NCBI GenBank assembly: GCA_045599445.1
Contig: JAZRWB010000030.1
Location: forward strand, 1-61,914
Source of the DNA: Kiritimatiellia bacterium
GTDB lineage: Bacteria > Verrucomicrobiota > Kiritimatiellia > RFP12 > UBA1067
Reading direction: 5' to 3'
Length of the DNA stretch: 61,914 nucleotides
Shown here: in pieces, positions 34,559 to 45,436 of the stretch
Layout: each line of letters begins with the position of its first letter
Position numbering within the stretch: the first letter of the stretch is position 1
Translations under genes and position numbers: made by a program
Notes under the pieces: model-generated
What the model saw: only the letters and a program-made list of their open reading frames with translations
Told to the model about the DNA's origin: nothing
Databases searched by the model: none

Positions 34559-37500
34559 TTTATCGTCTCGATTTCCGCCATGCTGGCGTAGTCGTTTCCG
34601 TAATGGTTGTTGAGCGCGGTGAAGCGATAGTATTTCGCCTCGACCGGCTTTTCAAAGCGGATTTCCTGGGCTTTCTCGGTGTTGGCGAGCGCCGTGCTCG
34701 CGCACTTCGTCCAAGTCTTGCCGTCAATCGAAGTCTCGACGAAGCAATCCTTGACTCGGCCGTTCACGCCGCCGTTTCTGCGACCCCAGACCCGCAGACC
34801 CTTGATCGTCTCCTTTTTCGGAAGCTCGATCGCAACCGAATGCGGAAAGTTGCCCATCGTAACGCCGTACTGGGTGTGCCAAATGGTATCGAGATCGCCG
34901 TCGACGAGGTGCTCCGGCTCGCCCTCGCCCGGCTCGCGGCTCGAGCAGGTGAACACCTTCGCGCCCCCGACAAGCGTGCGCTCGGGAAGCTCGGGCAAGG
35001 CGCCCGCTTCCATCGTGCGCGGCGTAAGCACTCCGCCGGCGACGTTAAGCGTGAAGGCGAGATCGTAATCGCGGTCGGTGCGAATGATGTCGCGCTCCAT
35101 CGGCCCCGGCCCGCAGCTCGCTCCGCCCAACCCGCGCGTCGCCGCGTAGACGCCGACGTGGGTCTTGTCGGGCGCGGGCAATTCCGGCGGATGGACGTAT
35201 TCGATCAATTCACGGCTCGTATAGGGGTTGATCTCGAAGGCGAAGGGAGCGCCGAGCGTGCGCACGGAAATCGCGCCGACCTCGAAGCCGTACGTTTCCT
35301 CGCGATTGCCGCAATTCTCGTTGCGCGCGTAGGGGAAGTAGAAGTTGTTCGCGCAGTCCTCCCAAAGCCCGACGAACGCGCCCGACTTGCGGTCGGCGTA
35401 GTTCTCGAAAGGCCCGCGTCCAAACCACTTGACCTCGGCGTTCTGCTCGGCCATGATCCACGCGAAACCGATTCGCGCGAGATCGGTCTTCGGCCCAAGC
35501 GGACGAATCTTCGCGACGCAGGCGACGGAACCGTCGTCGCCGACCGTCCAACGCGAAGCGACCGCGAAACGAACCGGCCGCAGATTCTCTCCGAGATCGC
35601 GAATCGTAACCTCGGGAGAGCCGAATCCGTCCATCCGCTCGAACTTGGCGCCCTTCCACTCGACGAGCGTCGTAAAGAAACCGTTTTCGACTTTGGAGAT
35701 TTCCTTGAGCTCGGGCTCGAAATTGTTGAAGCCCTGTTCCATCCATTTGCAGCCCAAGCCGACCTCGTTTGACGAAGGCGCGCGGAAGGAATTGAGCTTG
35801 AAGCCGGCCTTCAGAAGTTCCTTGCCGCAGAACAGCCCGTTCTTCTTGATCGAGTACGGCATACCGCTCTTTTTGCAGAACTTTACCGTAAGCGCGCCGG
35901 TGTCGAAGGTAATGGACTTGTCGTCCTCGGAGACTTTCGCCTTGGACGATTTGAGCGATTCCTTCGCGCCCTCTACCGGCAAGTCGATCTGGTCGTCGGC
36001 GACGCACTCACCATTGCGGAAGAAGGAGACTCGCACCGCCCTGATCGCGCCCGCCTTCGCCGGAAGCGCCGGCATCGCGAAAGTCTTTTCGCCCCGTGCC
36101 GCCAAGTCAGCGATGTCGAACTCGCCCTTGCGAACGCTTTTCCCGTCGACGAACGCCTCCCACTTGCACTCCACGTCCTCGGAGCCGATGAAGAAGTTCT
36201 TGTTGCGGACGAGAATCTTTTTGAACCCGCCCGTCGCCGACGCCGTCCAGTTCTGATAGACGTGCTTGATCTCCCAATAACCCGGCTCGACCGTGCGATC
36301 CGAAAGGACGCACCCGTTCATCACGAACTGTCCGTCGTTCGGCTTGTCGCCGTGGTCGCCGCCGAAGGCGATGATGCGAACACCGTTCTTATCCATGTAA
36401 AGACCCTGATCGACCCAGTCCCAGATCGTCGCGCCCAGAATGACGTCCGACGACTCGATCGCGTCCTGATAATCCTTCAGGTTGCCCATCGCATTGCCCA
36501 TGTTGTGGGCGTATTCGGAAATGTAGAACGGCTTGGGCGAATTGAGCTGCGCGGCCTTGTTCCACGTCCACGGCACGGCCGGATATTGGCAGCCGTCCAT
36601 GTCCGCAACCGTCCAATCGCGCTCGTAATGAATCGGACGCACGGCGTCAAGCTTGCGGATGGCCGCGGTCGACGCGGCGAAATTCTCGCCGGGACCCGCC
36701 TCGTTGCCGAGCGACCAGATTACGACCGAAGGATGATTGTAATTGCGTTTCACCATCGAGACGTTGCGATCGACCGTCGCCTTTTCCCAGCTCGGCTGAT
36801 GCGAAAGCGACATCTCGCCGTAGCCGTAGCCGTGCGACTCGACGTTCGCCTCGTCGACGAGATAGATGCCGTTCACGTCGCAAAGGTAATACCAATAATC
36901 GTCCTGCGGATAGTGCGAGTTTCTGACGCAATTGCAGTTCGCTTCCTTGAGTTGCTTCACATCCTGCTCATGCCGCGACATCGGCACGAAATGACCGTAC
37001 ATCGGATCGGTCTCATGACGGTTCGCGCCTTTGAGCTTGATCTTCTGTCCGTTCAAATAGTAGCGCGTCACCCCGCTCGGCTCAACGCGCATTTCGCTGA
37101 CGCGGAAACCGAAAATCGTGGACACGAATTCCTTGCCATTGGAAAGGACGACCTTATAGCAGTTCGGCGCTTCCGCGCTCCACGGCTTCACGCCGGGAAC
37201 GAGAAAGGTCTTCTCGCTACTGCGAACGACGAGCTTGTCGCTCCAATCGTAGACGGACGCCGTAACCGACCCTTCCGCTTCGGAGTCGATCGTAAGCATC
37301 CAATCGCCGTCATACGTCCAGTCGACGGCCGGGACCGCCTCGAGGCGGAAGTCGCGGATGCGCGATTTCGGACGCGAGATGAGCCAAGTACGACGGAAAA
37401 TGCCCGAAAGACGGAACATATCCTGGTCTTCGAGATACGCACCGTCCGAATAGCGGTAAACCTCCAAGGCGACCGTGTTCGCGCCCGCCTTCACGTACTT

Positions 37501-38109
37501 CGTCACGTTGAATTCGGCGGGAGAGCGGCTGTCCTTGGAAAAGCCGACATACTCACCGTTCACCCAAAGATAGAAGAAGCTGTCAACACCGTCAAACTTA
37601 AGGAAAACATCGCCTTCCGCCATAAAATCCTTCGAAACGGTAAAATCACGACGATACGAACCGACGGGATTGCGCGCCTCGAAATTCGTGAAGTGCTTCG
37701 GCGGTGTGAGCATCACGCGCGAGCCGCCCGGCACATCCTTCTGGAAAGGATACTGCACGTTCGTGTAAAGCGCCGTTCCCCAGCCGCCCTTGCCGTTCGC
37801 ACCCATCGCCTGCCAGGAACAGGGAACGACGATCGAATCCCACTTCGAAACGTCGAAGCCCGGCTTGTAGAAGTCGACGGGACGACTCTCGGGATCCTTC
37901 GCCCAATTGAACTTCCACGCCGTATCCGAATCGAGCGAAGTCTGGCGCGCGGAAAACTCGGGCAGAATCTTCAGCGCCTCTTGCTCGGTCGCGAAGCTCG
38001 AAAACGCGGCCCTCGTCGGTTCCTTGCCTTCGGAAAGTTTCTGATTGTTTTGCCATTCGTCGCCCATCGGTGCGGACGCGAAAACCAATGCTAGAAGTAG
38101 GGTATTCAT
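34555..38109 (-). CDS. GH2 beta-galactosidase with signal peptide and C-terminal F5/8-type C (CBM32-like) domain
   Basis: YTNVQYPF, NPVGSYRR, FDGVDS, LEDQDMFRLSGIFR, GANRHE, NSHYP, WSLGNE, SEYAH.MGN. C-terminal DGD..T.WHT motif. Confidence 0.9.
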   Translation of the reverse strand: MNTLLLALVFASAPMGDEWQNNQKLSEGKEPTRAAFSSFATEQEALKILPEFSARQTSLDSDTAWKFNWAKDPESRPVDFYKPGFDVSKWDSIVVPCSWQAMGANGKGGWGTALYTNVQYPFQKDVPGGSRVMLTPPKHFTNFEARNPVGSYRRDFTVSKDFMAEGDVFLKFDGVDSFFYLWVNGEYVGFSKDSRSPAEFNVTKYVKAGANTVALEVYRYSDGAYLEDQDMFRLSGIFRRTWLISRPKSRIRDFRLEAVPAVDWTYDGDWMLTIDSEAEGSVTASVYDWSDKLVVRSSEKTFLVPGVKPWSAEAPNCYKVVLSNGKEFVSTIFGFRVSEMRVEPSGVTRYYLNGQKIKLKGANRHETDPMYGHFVPMSRHEQDVKQLKEANCNCVRNSHYPQDDYWYYLCDVNGIYLVDEANVESHGYGYGEMSLSHQPSWEKATVDRNVSMVKRNYNHPSVVIWSLGNEAGPGENFAASTAAIRKLDAVRPIHYERDWTVADMDGCQYPAVPWTWNKAAQLNSPKPFYISEYAHNMGNAMGNLKDYQDAIESSDVILGATIWDWVDQGLYMDKNGVRIIAFGGDHGDKPNDGQFVMNGCVLSDRTVEPGYWEIKHVYQNWTASATGGFKKILVRNKNFFIGSEDVECKWEAFVDGKSVRKGEFDIADLAARGEKTFAMPALPAKAGAIRAVRVSFFRNGECVADDQIDLPVEGAKESLKSSKAKVSEDDKSITFDTGALTVKFCKKSGMPYSIKKNGLFCGKELLKAGFKLNSFRAPSSNEVGLGCKWMEQGFNNFEPELKEISKVENGFFTTLVEWKGAKFERMDGFGSPEVTIRDLGENLRPVRFAVASRWTVGDDGSVACVAKIRPLGPKTDLARIGFAWIMAEQNAEVKWFGRGPFENYADRKSGAFVGLWEDCANNFYFPYARNENCGNREETYGFEVGAISVRTLGAPFAFEINPYTSRELIEYVHPPELPAPDKTHVGVYAATRGLGGASCGPGPMERDIIRTDRDYDLAFTLNVAGGVLTPRTMEAGALPELPERTLVGGAKVFTCSSREPGEGEPEHLVDGDLDTIWHTQYGVTMGNFPHSVAIELPKKETIKGLRVWGRRNGGVNGRVKDCFVETSIDGKTWTKCASTALANTEKAQEIRFEKPVEAKYYRFTALNNHYGNDYASMAEIETIK

Positions 38110-38118
38110 AAGTGGAGG

Positions 38119-38814
38119 TTATTTTACCAAATTCCGGTGCGATTTGGTATAGATTGTCGAGGCCTGACGGACGATGTCGACGAGCCCGCCTTTGCTCGCA
38201 AAGTAAATCGCCGAGAGCTGCGGATCGATCCAATCGGTGAATCCCGTCGCCTTTTCGATTGCCCGCATCTCCCGCTCGTCCATCTTAAGCTCCGCCCATG
38301 CCCCGCGCGCACTAACGTCCTCGACGATTTCCTTCCACTTCGCGCGATAAAACGGCGCGGAACGGTCGAGATCGGTGCCGATTTTGAGTTCAAAAAGCCA
38401 CGCCAATTCCCGGCAAATCTCGGGATCGCAAGGATTCAGCACGAGTCCCTCGTCGCGCAAGAGACGAATCGCCGCCTCCACCCAACGCCAGCGATCCTCG
38501 TCGCTCGTCATCATCACCGACACGTTGTAGGCGAGATTCCATGCCGCATACCCCCACACTTCGGGAGTGTGCGGCTCCATCGCCGTAAGCGCGCTCGCGA
38601 GTTGGACGAGCTCCGCGTAACGCCCTTCTTCCTGCAAGCGATCGGCGCGAAACCAGATTACCTCGGCGATAATCGACCTAAGCCCGCCAAGCGCCGCGTA
38701 AGCGCCCTCGGCCATCGCCGGAGCCGACCCGCACCGATACGACCGAAGCGCAAACTGGCCGAAAACCGCAAGCGCGACGAGCGCAAGGACGAAGATCCAC
38801 TTCAAAAACTTCAT
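38119..38814 (-). CDS. PVC-type hypothetical membrane-anchored helical-repeat protein (IRE-like)
   Basis: N-terminal hydrophobic helix from MKFLKW. LGG.R....IW.RA..LQ, VW...AWNLAYNVSV, RW.WV...I.LLRD.G..NP, EL.W.F..KIG. Confidence 0.65.
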   Translation of the reverse strand: MKFLKWIFVLALVALAVFGQFALRSYRCGSAPAMAEGAYAALGGLRSIIAEVIWFRADRLQEEGRYAELVQLASALTAMEPHTPEVWGYAAWNLAYNVSVMMTSDEDRWRWVEAAIRLLRDEGLVLNPCDPEICRELAWLFELKIGTDLDRSAPFYRAKWKEIVEDVSARGAWAELKMDEREMRAIEKATGFTDWIDPQLSAIYFASKGGLVDIVRQASTIYTKSHRNLVK

Positions 38815-39692
38815 TTGCCGGATATTATACCAGATTCGAGCCAATCGACGATTCCCCGCGCAATCGCCTCGGCGTTGCGCTTCCGCCGCTCGCCGTTCCA
38901 GCAATCGATCTCGCCCTCGGGAGTCGTCGCGAAATCGACTTCAATAAGACAACTCGGGATCTCCGGCGAGCGCGTAACCGCGTAGTTGGCGCGGATAACG
39001 CCGTTGTTCGGTATTTCCAGAGTTTCCGCCATTCTCCGATTGATTCGCTCGGCCAGTCGCGCGCCGAGATCGTTCCAGACGTAGACCGCGTGATAACGCA
39101 GCTTCCGAGGATCGCGGTCGATCGGCGGCGCGTTGTGGTGAATCGAGACGAAGGCCGCGGCCTTGCGTTCGTGGGCGACGCGAGCGCGCTCGTAAAGCTC
39201 GACTCCTGAATCGTCCTCGCGCGTCATTATAACCTCGATCCCCTTGTCGACCAATTCCTTGCGCACCGCCAGGGCCAGCAAAAGATTGAGATCCTTCTCC
39301 GGCAAGTTGTGCGGCGACAAGGTTCCCAAGTCCTTTTTCCCTCCGTGGCCCGGATCCAGTACGACTACTCGCTGGCAATTCGTGCACGGCTCGTCCGAAG
39401 CGTACTCCAGCTTGTTGTACAGCGGAACTTCCACCTCGCCCAAATTCGGCTTCTTCTCGGCCACCGTGAACGTACGCCTCATCCCGCCCACTTCAACGAC
39501 GTTGGTGCCATCGTGGCAATCGACGTACGCCACCCATCCGCCCATTGGATGAACCGCGACTTCCTCTCCGTTCACCGAAAGCGTCTTCGAGTCGGTGGCG
39601 CCAATCAGATAAAGGTGCTCGATATGATGAAAGCGCGCGCCTTCCTTGGGAAAGACAATATTGAGAAAGGCGAGGAGAACTGCGAGAATCAT
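38811..39692 (-). CDS. N-acetylmuramoyl-L-alanine amidase (Amidase_3)
   Basis: VVLDPGHGG, EK..NL, MTREDD, L.ER, FVSIHHNA, LIEV.F; signal peptide. Confidence 0.88.
   Translation of the reverse strand: MILAVLLAFLNIVFPKEGARFHHIEHLYLIGATDSKTLSVNGEEVAVHPMGGWVAYVDCHDGTNVVEVGGMRRTFTVAEKKPNLGEVEVPLYNKLEYASDEPCTNCQRVVVLDPGHGGKKDLGTLSPHNLPEKDLNLLLALAVRKELVDKGIEVIMTREDDSGVELYERARVAHERKAAAFVSIHHNAPPIDRDPRKLRYHAVYVWNDLGARLAERINRRMAETLEIPNNGVIRANYAVTRSPEIPSCLIEVDFATTPEGEIDCWNGERRKRNAEAIARGIVDWLESGIISGK
38824..38832 (-). promoter_or_regulatory. Extended -10 promoter (TGGTATAAT) inside the amidase 3' end
   Basis: 9 nt before the ATG at 38814. Confidence 0.55.
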
Positions 39693-40588
39693 CAGCTCGC
39701 GTTTAACATCGCCTCGATCGCCTTGCGCGCCTTGTCGGCGACGCGCTCGGGGACGGTTACCTCTACCTTAAGTTGCTTGAGCGAAGCGAGGACTTTTTCC
39801 AAGGTAATCTTCTTCATGCCCGCGCAAACAAGCTCGCCAATCGCGAAAAAGCGCTTTTCCGGATTCTCCTTCTTAAGACGATGGAGAATGCCCTTTTCCG
39901 TGCCGACGATAAAAGTCGACTTCGAAGATTCCGCGGCGTATTTGCACATCGCGCCCGTGGAAAGACACTCGTCGGCGGCTTCGCGTACCGCCTTGTCGCA
40001 CTCGGGATGGACGAGCACCGGCGCGTCCAAACCGACCTCGCGCCTCGCCTTGGCGATGTCGCCGAGTTCCAGGCGGGCGTGCACGGGGCAATACCCGCGC
40101 GTCAAAACGTACTTCTCGCCCAGGCAATGCGCGACGTGGCTTCCCAAATGCTGATCGGGTACGAAAATTATTTCCTCGCCTTTAAGCGACTTGAGAACTC
40201 GCTCGGCGTTGCCGCTCGTTACGCAAATGTCGCTTTCCGCCTTCACTTCGGCGGTGGAGTTTACGTAAGAGACGACCTTGGCGAGCGGATGAGCGCGCTT
40301 AAGTTCGCGAAGAGCATCCGCGTCGATCATTTCCGCCATTGGACAGCCGGCAGTTTCGTCGGGAATGAGAACGACCTTGTCGGGATTTAAGATCTTCGCG
40401 GTCTCGGCCATGAACCGAACACCGCAAAGCACGATTACCTTCGCGTCGATCTCCGTCGCCTTGCGCGCCAGCTCCAGCGAATCTCCCGTAAAATCCGCAA
40501 TATCCTGAACCTCGCCCGCACAATAATTGTGGGCGAGGATGATTGCGTTTTTCTCCGCCTTGAGAGCGGCTATCTCTTCGGGGAGCAT
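39692..40588 (-). CDS. nadA: Quinolinate synthase
   Basis: ILAHNY, GDSL.LA, CGVRFMAETAKIL.P, AGCPMA, YVNS.A.VKA, C.TS.NA, HPEC, C..MK. Confidence 0.95.
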   Translation of the reverse strand: MLPEEIAALKAEKNAIILAHNYCAGEVQDIADFTGDSLELARKATEIDAKVIVLCGVRFMAETAKILNPDKVVLIPDETAGCPMAEMIDADALRELKRAHPLAKVVSYVNSTAEVKAESDICVTSGNAERVLKSLKGEEIIFVPDQHLGSHVAHCLGEKYVLTRGYCPVHARLELGDIAKARREVGLDAPVLVHPECDKAVREAADECLSTGAMCKYAAESSKSTFIVGTEKGILHRLKKENPEKRFFAIGELVCAGMKKITLEKVLASLKQLKVEVTVPERVADKARKAIEAMLNAS

Positions 40589-40607
40589 TCCTCTCTTGGA
40601 GTTACCG

Positions 40608-42713
40608 TCAGTCGGCGCTCTGAGGACGGACTTTGCCTTCCTTGATGCGCTTCTCGACGACTTCCTGCGCGATGTTCTTCGGTACGGCCTCGTACTGCTT
40701 GAAGATCATCGTGAAGGAACCGCGGCCCTGCGTGACCGTGCGGATCGCGTTCGAGTAACCGAACATTTCGCCGAGCGGGACGGTCGCCTTGAGGAGCTTG
40801 ACGCCCGCGCGATCCTCCATGCCCTCGATGCGTCCGCGACGCTGGTTGATCGAGCCGTTCGCCGCGCCCATGTACTGTTCGGGAACGACGACTTCGACAT
40901 CCATCATCGGCTCCAAAAGCTGCGGTTTCGCCTTCAAAAACGCCTGCTTGAAGCACTGCATCGCGCAGGTGATGAACGCGAATTCGTTCGAGTCGACCTC
41001 GTGGTACGAACCGAAATACACCGTCGCCTTAACGTCCACGACCGGGAAGCCCGCCAAGGGGCCAGATTCGAGCGCCTTCCGAACGCCCTTCTCGACCGCC
41101 GGAATGTACTCCGTCGGAATGACGCCGCCCTTGACCTCGTTAACGAACTCGAAGCCCTTGCCCGGCTCCTGCGGAGCGAGCTTGAGGCAGACATGCGCGT
41201 ACTGACCGCGGCCGCCCGACTGCTTGACGTGCTTGTATTCGTTGTCGACCGGCATCGTAATCGTCTCGCGATACGCGACCTGCGGCGCGCCGACGTCGCA
41301 ATCGACGTTGAATTCGCGTTTCAGACGGTCCACGATGACTTCGAGGTAAAGCTCGCCCATGCCGGCAATGATCGTTTCGCTCGTCTCTTGGTCGAAGCTG
41401 ACGACGAAGGTCGGGTCTTCCATCGCGAGCGCGTGCAAGGCGACGCCGAGCTTTTCGTTGTCACCGCGCGATTTGGGCTTCACCGCAACCGAGATAACCG
41501 GCGCCGGGAAGTCGATGGATTCGAGAGTAATCGGATGGTCGGGATCGCAGAGGGTATCGCCCGTGCGGGTTTCCGTAAGCCCGACGCAAGCGACGATGTC
41601 GCCGGCGTGCGCCTCGTCGAGCGGCTCCTGCTTCGAAGCGTGCATGCGGAAAAGCCGCGAAATGCGCTGTTCCTTGTTGATCGTCGAATCGAGCATCTCC
41701 GCGCCAAGCTTCATCGTGCCCGAATAGACGCGCACGAACGTGATCTTGCCGCCGGACTTCGGATCGTTCATGATCTTGAACGCGAGGCCGCAGAACGGCT
41801 CGTCGTCGGAAACTTCGCGCTTCTCGTCGGGATTGTCCTGGGAAACCGCGGCTCCCGTGTCGAGCGGCGAAGGGAGATAGTCGCAAACCGCGTCCAAAAG
41901 CGGCTGAATGCCCTTGTCCTTGAACGCCGTGCCGCAGAAAGCGGGGGTAATCGTCCGCGCGAGCGTGCCCTTGCGGATCGCCTTCTTGATCTCGTCGTTC
42001 GTGAGCTCCTCGCCCGCGAAGAACTTCTCCATCAAGGCGTCGTCCTGCTCGGCGGCCGACTCGATCATCTTCTGGCGGTATTCCTTCGCCTTCTCGACGA
42101 GTTCCTCGGGGATGTCCTTCTCGATAACGGTCTTGCCGAGCGACTTCATATCGAAGTAGAGCGCTTTCATCTTCACGAGGTCAACGACACCATCGAAGGT
42201 CTCGGCCGCGCCAATCGGAATCACCATCGGAACGGGATTCGCGCCGAGCTGCTTCTTCATCTGATCCATGACGTTGTAGAAGTTGGCGCCGACGCGGTCC
42301 ATCTTGTTGACGAACGCGATCTTCGGAACCTTGTACTTCTCGCTCTGACGCCAAACCTGCTCGGACTGGGGCTGGACGCCGCCGACCGCGCAATACAAGG
42401 CGACCGCGCCGTCGAGAACGCGCAAAGAGCGCTCCACCTCGGCCGTGAAGTCCACGTGTCCGGGAGTATCGATCAGCGAGAGGCGGTAGTTCCCCCACTG
42501 GACGCAAGTCGCCGCGGACTGAATCGTAATGCCGCGCTCCTGCTCCTGAACCATGAAGTCCATCGTCGCCGCGCCGTCGTGCACTTCGCCGATCTTGTAG
42601 TTCTTGCCCGAATAGAAGAGAATACGTTCCGAGGTGGTCGTCTTGCCGCCATCGATGTGGGCCATGATGCCGAAGTTGCGAACTCGTTCGAGCGGAATGT
42701 CACGCTTAGCCAT
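40608..42713 (-). CDS. fusA: Elongation factor G (stand-alone copy)
   Basis: [65 protein letters not shown]. Confidence 0.95.
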   Translation of the reverse strand: MAKRDIPLERVRNFGIMAHIDGGKTTTSERILFYSGKNYKIGEVHDGAATMDFMVQEQERGITIQSAATCVQWGNYRLSLIDTPGHVDFTAEVERSLRVLDGAVALYCAVGGVQPQSEQVWRQSEKYKVPKIAFVNKMDRVGANFYNVMDQMKKQLGANPVPMVIPIGAAETFDGVVDLVKMKALYFDMKSLGKTVIEKDIPEELVEKAKEYRQKMIESAAEQDDALMEKFFAGEELTNDEIKKAIRKGTLARTITPAFCGTAFKDKGIQPLLDAVCDYLPSPLDTGAAVSQDNPDEKREVSDDEPFCGLAFKIMNDPKSGGKITFVRVYSGTMKLGAEMLDSTINKEQRISRLFRMHASKQEPLDEAHAGDIVACVGLTETRTGDTLCDPDHPITLESIDFPAPVISVAVKPKSRGDNEKLGVALHALAMEDPTFVVSFDQETSETIIAGMGELYLEVIVDRLKREFNVDCDVGAPQVAYRETITMPVDNEYKHVKQSGGRGQYAHVCLKLAPQEPGKGFEFVNEVKGGVIPTEYIPAVEKGVRKALESGPLAGFPVVDVKATVYFGSYHEVDSNEFAFITCAMQCFKQAFLKAKPQLLEPMMDVEVVVPEQYMGAANGSINQRRGRIEGMEDRAGVKLLKATVPLGEMFGYSNAIRTVTQGRGSFTMIFKQYEAVPKNIAQEVVEKRIKEGKVRPQSAD

Positions 42714-42787
42714 TTTCTTTGTTCCTTCGTAGGTGCAAAAGTTCGCGTATTATCTCATATTCCGCCGAAGAATGTCAAGCTGGGGCG

Positions 42788-43414
42788 CTATTGATTGAGC
42801 AACGACAAGGCGGCGGAAGCTTCGGCTTCCTTGCGGGTGCGCGCGGTCGCAACCGCTTCGCCAAGACCCTCGACCTCGACCTTTACCGTAAAGCGCGGAT
42901 CGTGTGCCTTGCCCTCGGTCTTAATGAGCGTATAGACGGGATGGCGCGGCGGCGTCATCGCCTGCGCCTTGATTTGCAAGTCCCCTTTGGGGTTCGGAAT
43001 GGAAGGCGGCGGATTGAAGGACAAAATCGCCGTTCTCACCGCCTCAAGGCCTCCATCGAGATATATCGCGCCGATAACCGCCTCCACCGCATCCGCGAAT
43101 ACCTTCGAGTCGTCCGCGAGTGGTGCGGCGGAAGGCCCTTGCTTCAACATGCTCCTAAGCCCTTTGGCGAGCGCGACCTTGCAGAGCGCCGCCGTCGAGA
43201 CTCTCTCCGCGCGCGCAACCGTAAGTTCCCCTTCCCTCGCCTCAGAATTCGCCTTAAAAAGCTCCTCGCTGACCACCGCCTCCAACACCGCATCGCCCAA
43301 AAACTCCAACCGCTGATTGTCCTTCGCCTTGGGCGCGATCATCCGATAGGACGGCGTCGTAAGCGCCTCTTCGATCAGCGACTCGTTTTTGAACTCATAT
43401 CCGAAAACTCGCAT
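42788..43414 (-). CDS. rnc: Ribonuclease III
   Basis: QRLEFLGDAVL signature, ADAVEA.IGAIYLDGG, dsRBD NPKG.LQ...H.P.F...K.AE..AA. Confidence 0.93.
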   Translation of the reverse strand: MRVFGYEFKNESLIEEALTTPSYRMIAPKAKDNQRLEFLGDAVLEAVVSEELFKANSEAREGELTVARAERVSTAALCKVALAKGLRSMLKQGPSAAPLADDSKVFADAVEAVIGAIYLDGGLEAVRTAILSFNPPPSIPNPKGDLQIKAQAMTPPRHPVYTLIKTEGKAHDPRFTVKVEVEGLGEAVATARTRKEAEASAALSLLNQ

Positions 43415-44510
43415 AATGCTCCTTTCGCTCGTCCAACAATTTAAAGAACTTCTCCCGCGTAGTCGCGAGCGGCCGATCCTTGTTCCCGCTTATCCGACTC
43501 CAAAGCGTTTCGTCGCTCGCCGAAAGGAGAATTATCTCTCCGCTCGATTTCGCCTTCCTCGCCGATTCTTCATCCAAAAGCGTTCCGCCGCCCAATGCGA
43601 TTACCGTCGATTCGCTTAAAGGTTCATCTGCCAGCGAAAAAAGGACTTCCTTCTCGACGGCGCGAAAGCCCTTTTCGCCTTTCAACGCGAAAACATCGGA
43701 TATCGCCATTCCTTCGCGCCGCTCGATCTCCTTATCGAGATCGACGCACTTAAATTGGGTCGCGTCCGCAATCGTTTTCAAAAAGGTGGACTTCCCCGAG
43801 CCCGGCGGTCCGTAGAGATAAACACGCTTCGGCACAAGCGCATCGGCGAGCGAAGCGGCGCGCATCGCCTGGGCGACGAGCATCACCATCCCGTCCGCGG
43901 CCAGCTTTCCGCAAGCGCGCGCCTCGCTCACCAGTCGCGTCGGCGAAGGATTGTAGACGAGATCCACCACCGCCTCGCAAGCGGGATAATCGGCGACGTT
44001 AAAGCGAACGGCGTCGCCTTCGGGGAACATCCCCACGGGAGTCGCGTTCACCAGTAGCTCGGAATCCTTCGGCGCATCCTCGCCTCGCGCAATCAACCGC
44101 ACTTCTTTTGCAAGCGCGTCCTCGAGTACCGCTTTCGCGGTCATGGCCGCGCCACCCGCGCCGAATATCGAAACGCGCTTACCCTTCGCGGAAACGCCGA
44201 GCGAATCAAGGAGCGTCTTAAAGCCGAAGTAATCGGTGTTGTCGCCGACGAGCTCGCCGCGCTCATTTCGCCGCACGAAGTTGACGTTACCGAGGCGCTC
44301 GGCAATCGGCGAAAGCGACGCGCAACTTTCCGCCGCTTTCCGCTTATAGGGAATCGTCACGTTGAGAAAGGCGTAATCTCCCTCGCGCAAGAACGACTCG
44401 ACCTCTTCCGGTTCGCGCTCGTAAAGCCGATACTCGTAGTCACCGAAGAGCCGATGCACGATCGGCGAGAGGGAATGAGCGAGCTTTCTACCTAAAAGCC
44501 CCGCCTGCAT
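43395..44510 (-). CDS. aroE: Shikimate dehydrogenase-shikimate kinase fusion (AroE-AroK)
   Basis: HSLSP, NVTIPYK, NTDY.G, GAGG, NATPVGM, DLVYNP, G..MLV.QA; then GPPGSGKST, DLD..IE, GE..FR, LGGG, RPL. Start trimmed to MQAGLLG. Confidence 0.9.
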   Translation of the reverse strand: MQAGLLGRKLAHSLSPIVHRLFGDYEYRLYEREPEEVESFLREGDYAFLNVTIPYKRKAAESCASLSPIAERLGNVNFVRRNERGELVGDNTDYFGFKTLLDSLGVSAKGKRVSIFGAGGAAMTAKAVLEDALAKEVRLIARGEDAPKDSELLVNATPVGMFPEGDAVRFNVADYPACEAVVDLVYNPSPTRLVSEARACGKLAADGMVMLVAQAMRAASLADALVPKRVYLYGPPGSGKSTFLKTIADATQFKCVDLDKEIERREGMAISDVFALKGEKGFRAVEKEVLFSLADEPLSESTVIALGGGTLLDEESARKAKSSGEIILLSASDETLWSRISGNKDRPLATTREKFFKLLDERKEHYASFRI

Positions 44511-45436
44511 CAGCCGAAAATCTCCGTCGTCAGCACTACCGCCATCGCCGCCTCCGCTGCGACCGCCCCGCGAAAGGCAACGCAACGGTCGTGTCGACCC
44601 TTAATGGAAAGTTTTACCTCGCGCATCGTCTTCAAGTCGACCGAATTCTGCTCGAGCGCAATCGAAGGTGTGGGTTTAAACGCAAGGCGCGCGACAATCG
44701 GCGAGCCGACGGTAATTCCGCCCAAAAGCCCGCCGCACCGATTCGTCCTTAAGGCGACTTCGCCGTCCTTCACGCAAAACTCGTCGTTCGCCTCGCTACC
44801 CTTCATCGCGGCGAGCTTAAAACCGTCTCCGAACTCCACGCCCTTAACCGCCGGAATCGCGAAGAAGGCGGCGGCGAGCTTCGATTCCATTCCCGCCGCT
44901 CCTGCGTCGCCCAATCCCTTCGGCACTCCGCGCGCGACGACTTCGACGACACCGCCAATCGAATCGCCTTCCGGCACTTCGCCGCCAATCGTCACTTGAG
45001 AGGAAATCTCCACTCCGCGCGCCTTCAGAATCTGCAAGGCGATTCCGCCCGCAATGCACAAAGGCGCGGTCATCCGCCCCGACCATTTTCCGCCGCCCGA
45101 GGGAAGAGAGCCGGTTTTCAGATAGGCGGCGTAGTCGGCGTGACCGGGACGCGGAATCGTTTGCATTTCGGCGTAATCTGCCGGGCGGATGTTGGTATTT
45201 TTGATAACCGCGCGAATCGTCGAGCCGTCCGTAACGCCGTTTTCGAGTCCGCGCTCGAAAATCGGCTCGTCCGCCTCTTTGCGCGGAGTGGAAAGCCCGC
45301 CTTGGCCATTGCCGGGCGCGCGCCGCTTCAAGAACGCCCTAAGCTCGCCCAAGTCGACTCGAAAGCCCTTGGGAACGCCCTCGATTTCCACGCCGATTTC
45401 CGGCGCATGGGAAGCACCAAAAATACGAAGAGTCAC
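44510..45436 (-). CDS. aroC: Chorismate synthase
   Basis: FG.SH, RRAPG, TPRKE.D, RPGHADY, SGR.TA, IPAVKGVEFG.GF, N..GG.LGGI, FKPTPSI, GRHD.C. Confidence 0.94.
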   Translation of the reverse strand: MTLRIFGASHAPEIGVEIEGVPKGFRVDLGELRAFLKRRAPGNGQGGLSTPRKEADEPIFERGLENGVTDGSTIRAVIKNTNIRPADYAEMQTIPRPGHADYAAYLKTGSLPSGGGKWSGRMTAPLCIAGGIALQILKARGVEISSQVTIGGEVPEGDSIGGVVEVVARGVPKGLGDAGAAGMESKLAAAFFAIPAVKGVEFGDGFKLAAMKGSEANDEFCVKDGEVALRTNRCGGLLGGITVGSPIVARLAFKPTPSIALEQNSVDLKTMREVKLSIKGRHDRCVAFRGAVAAEAAMAVVLTTEIFG

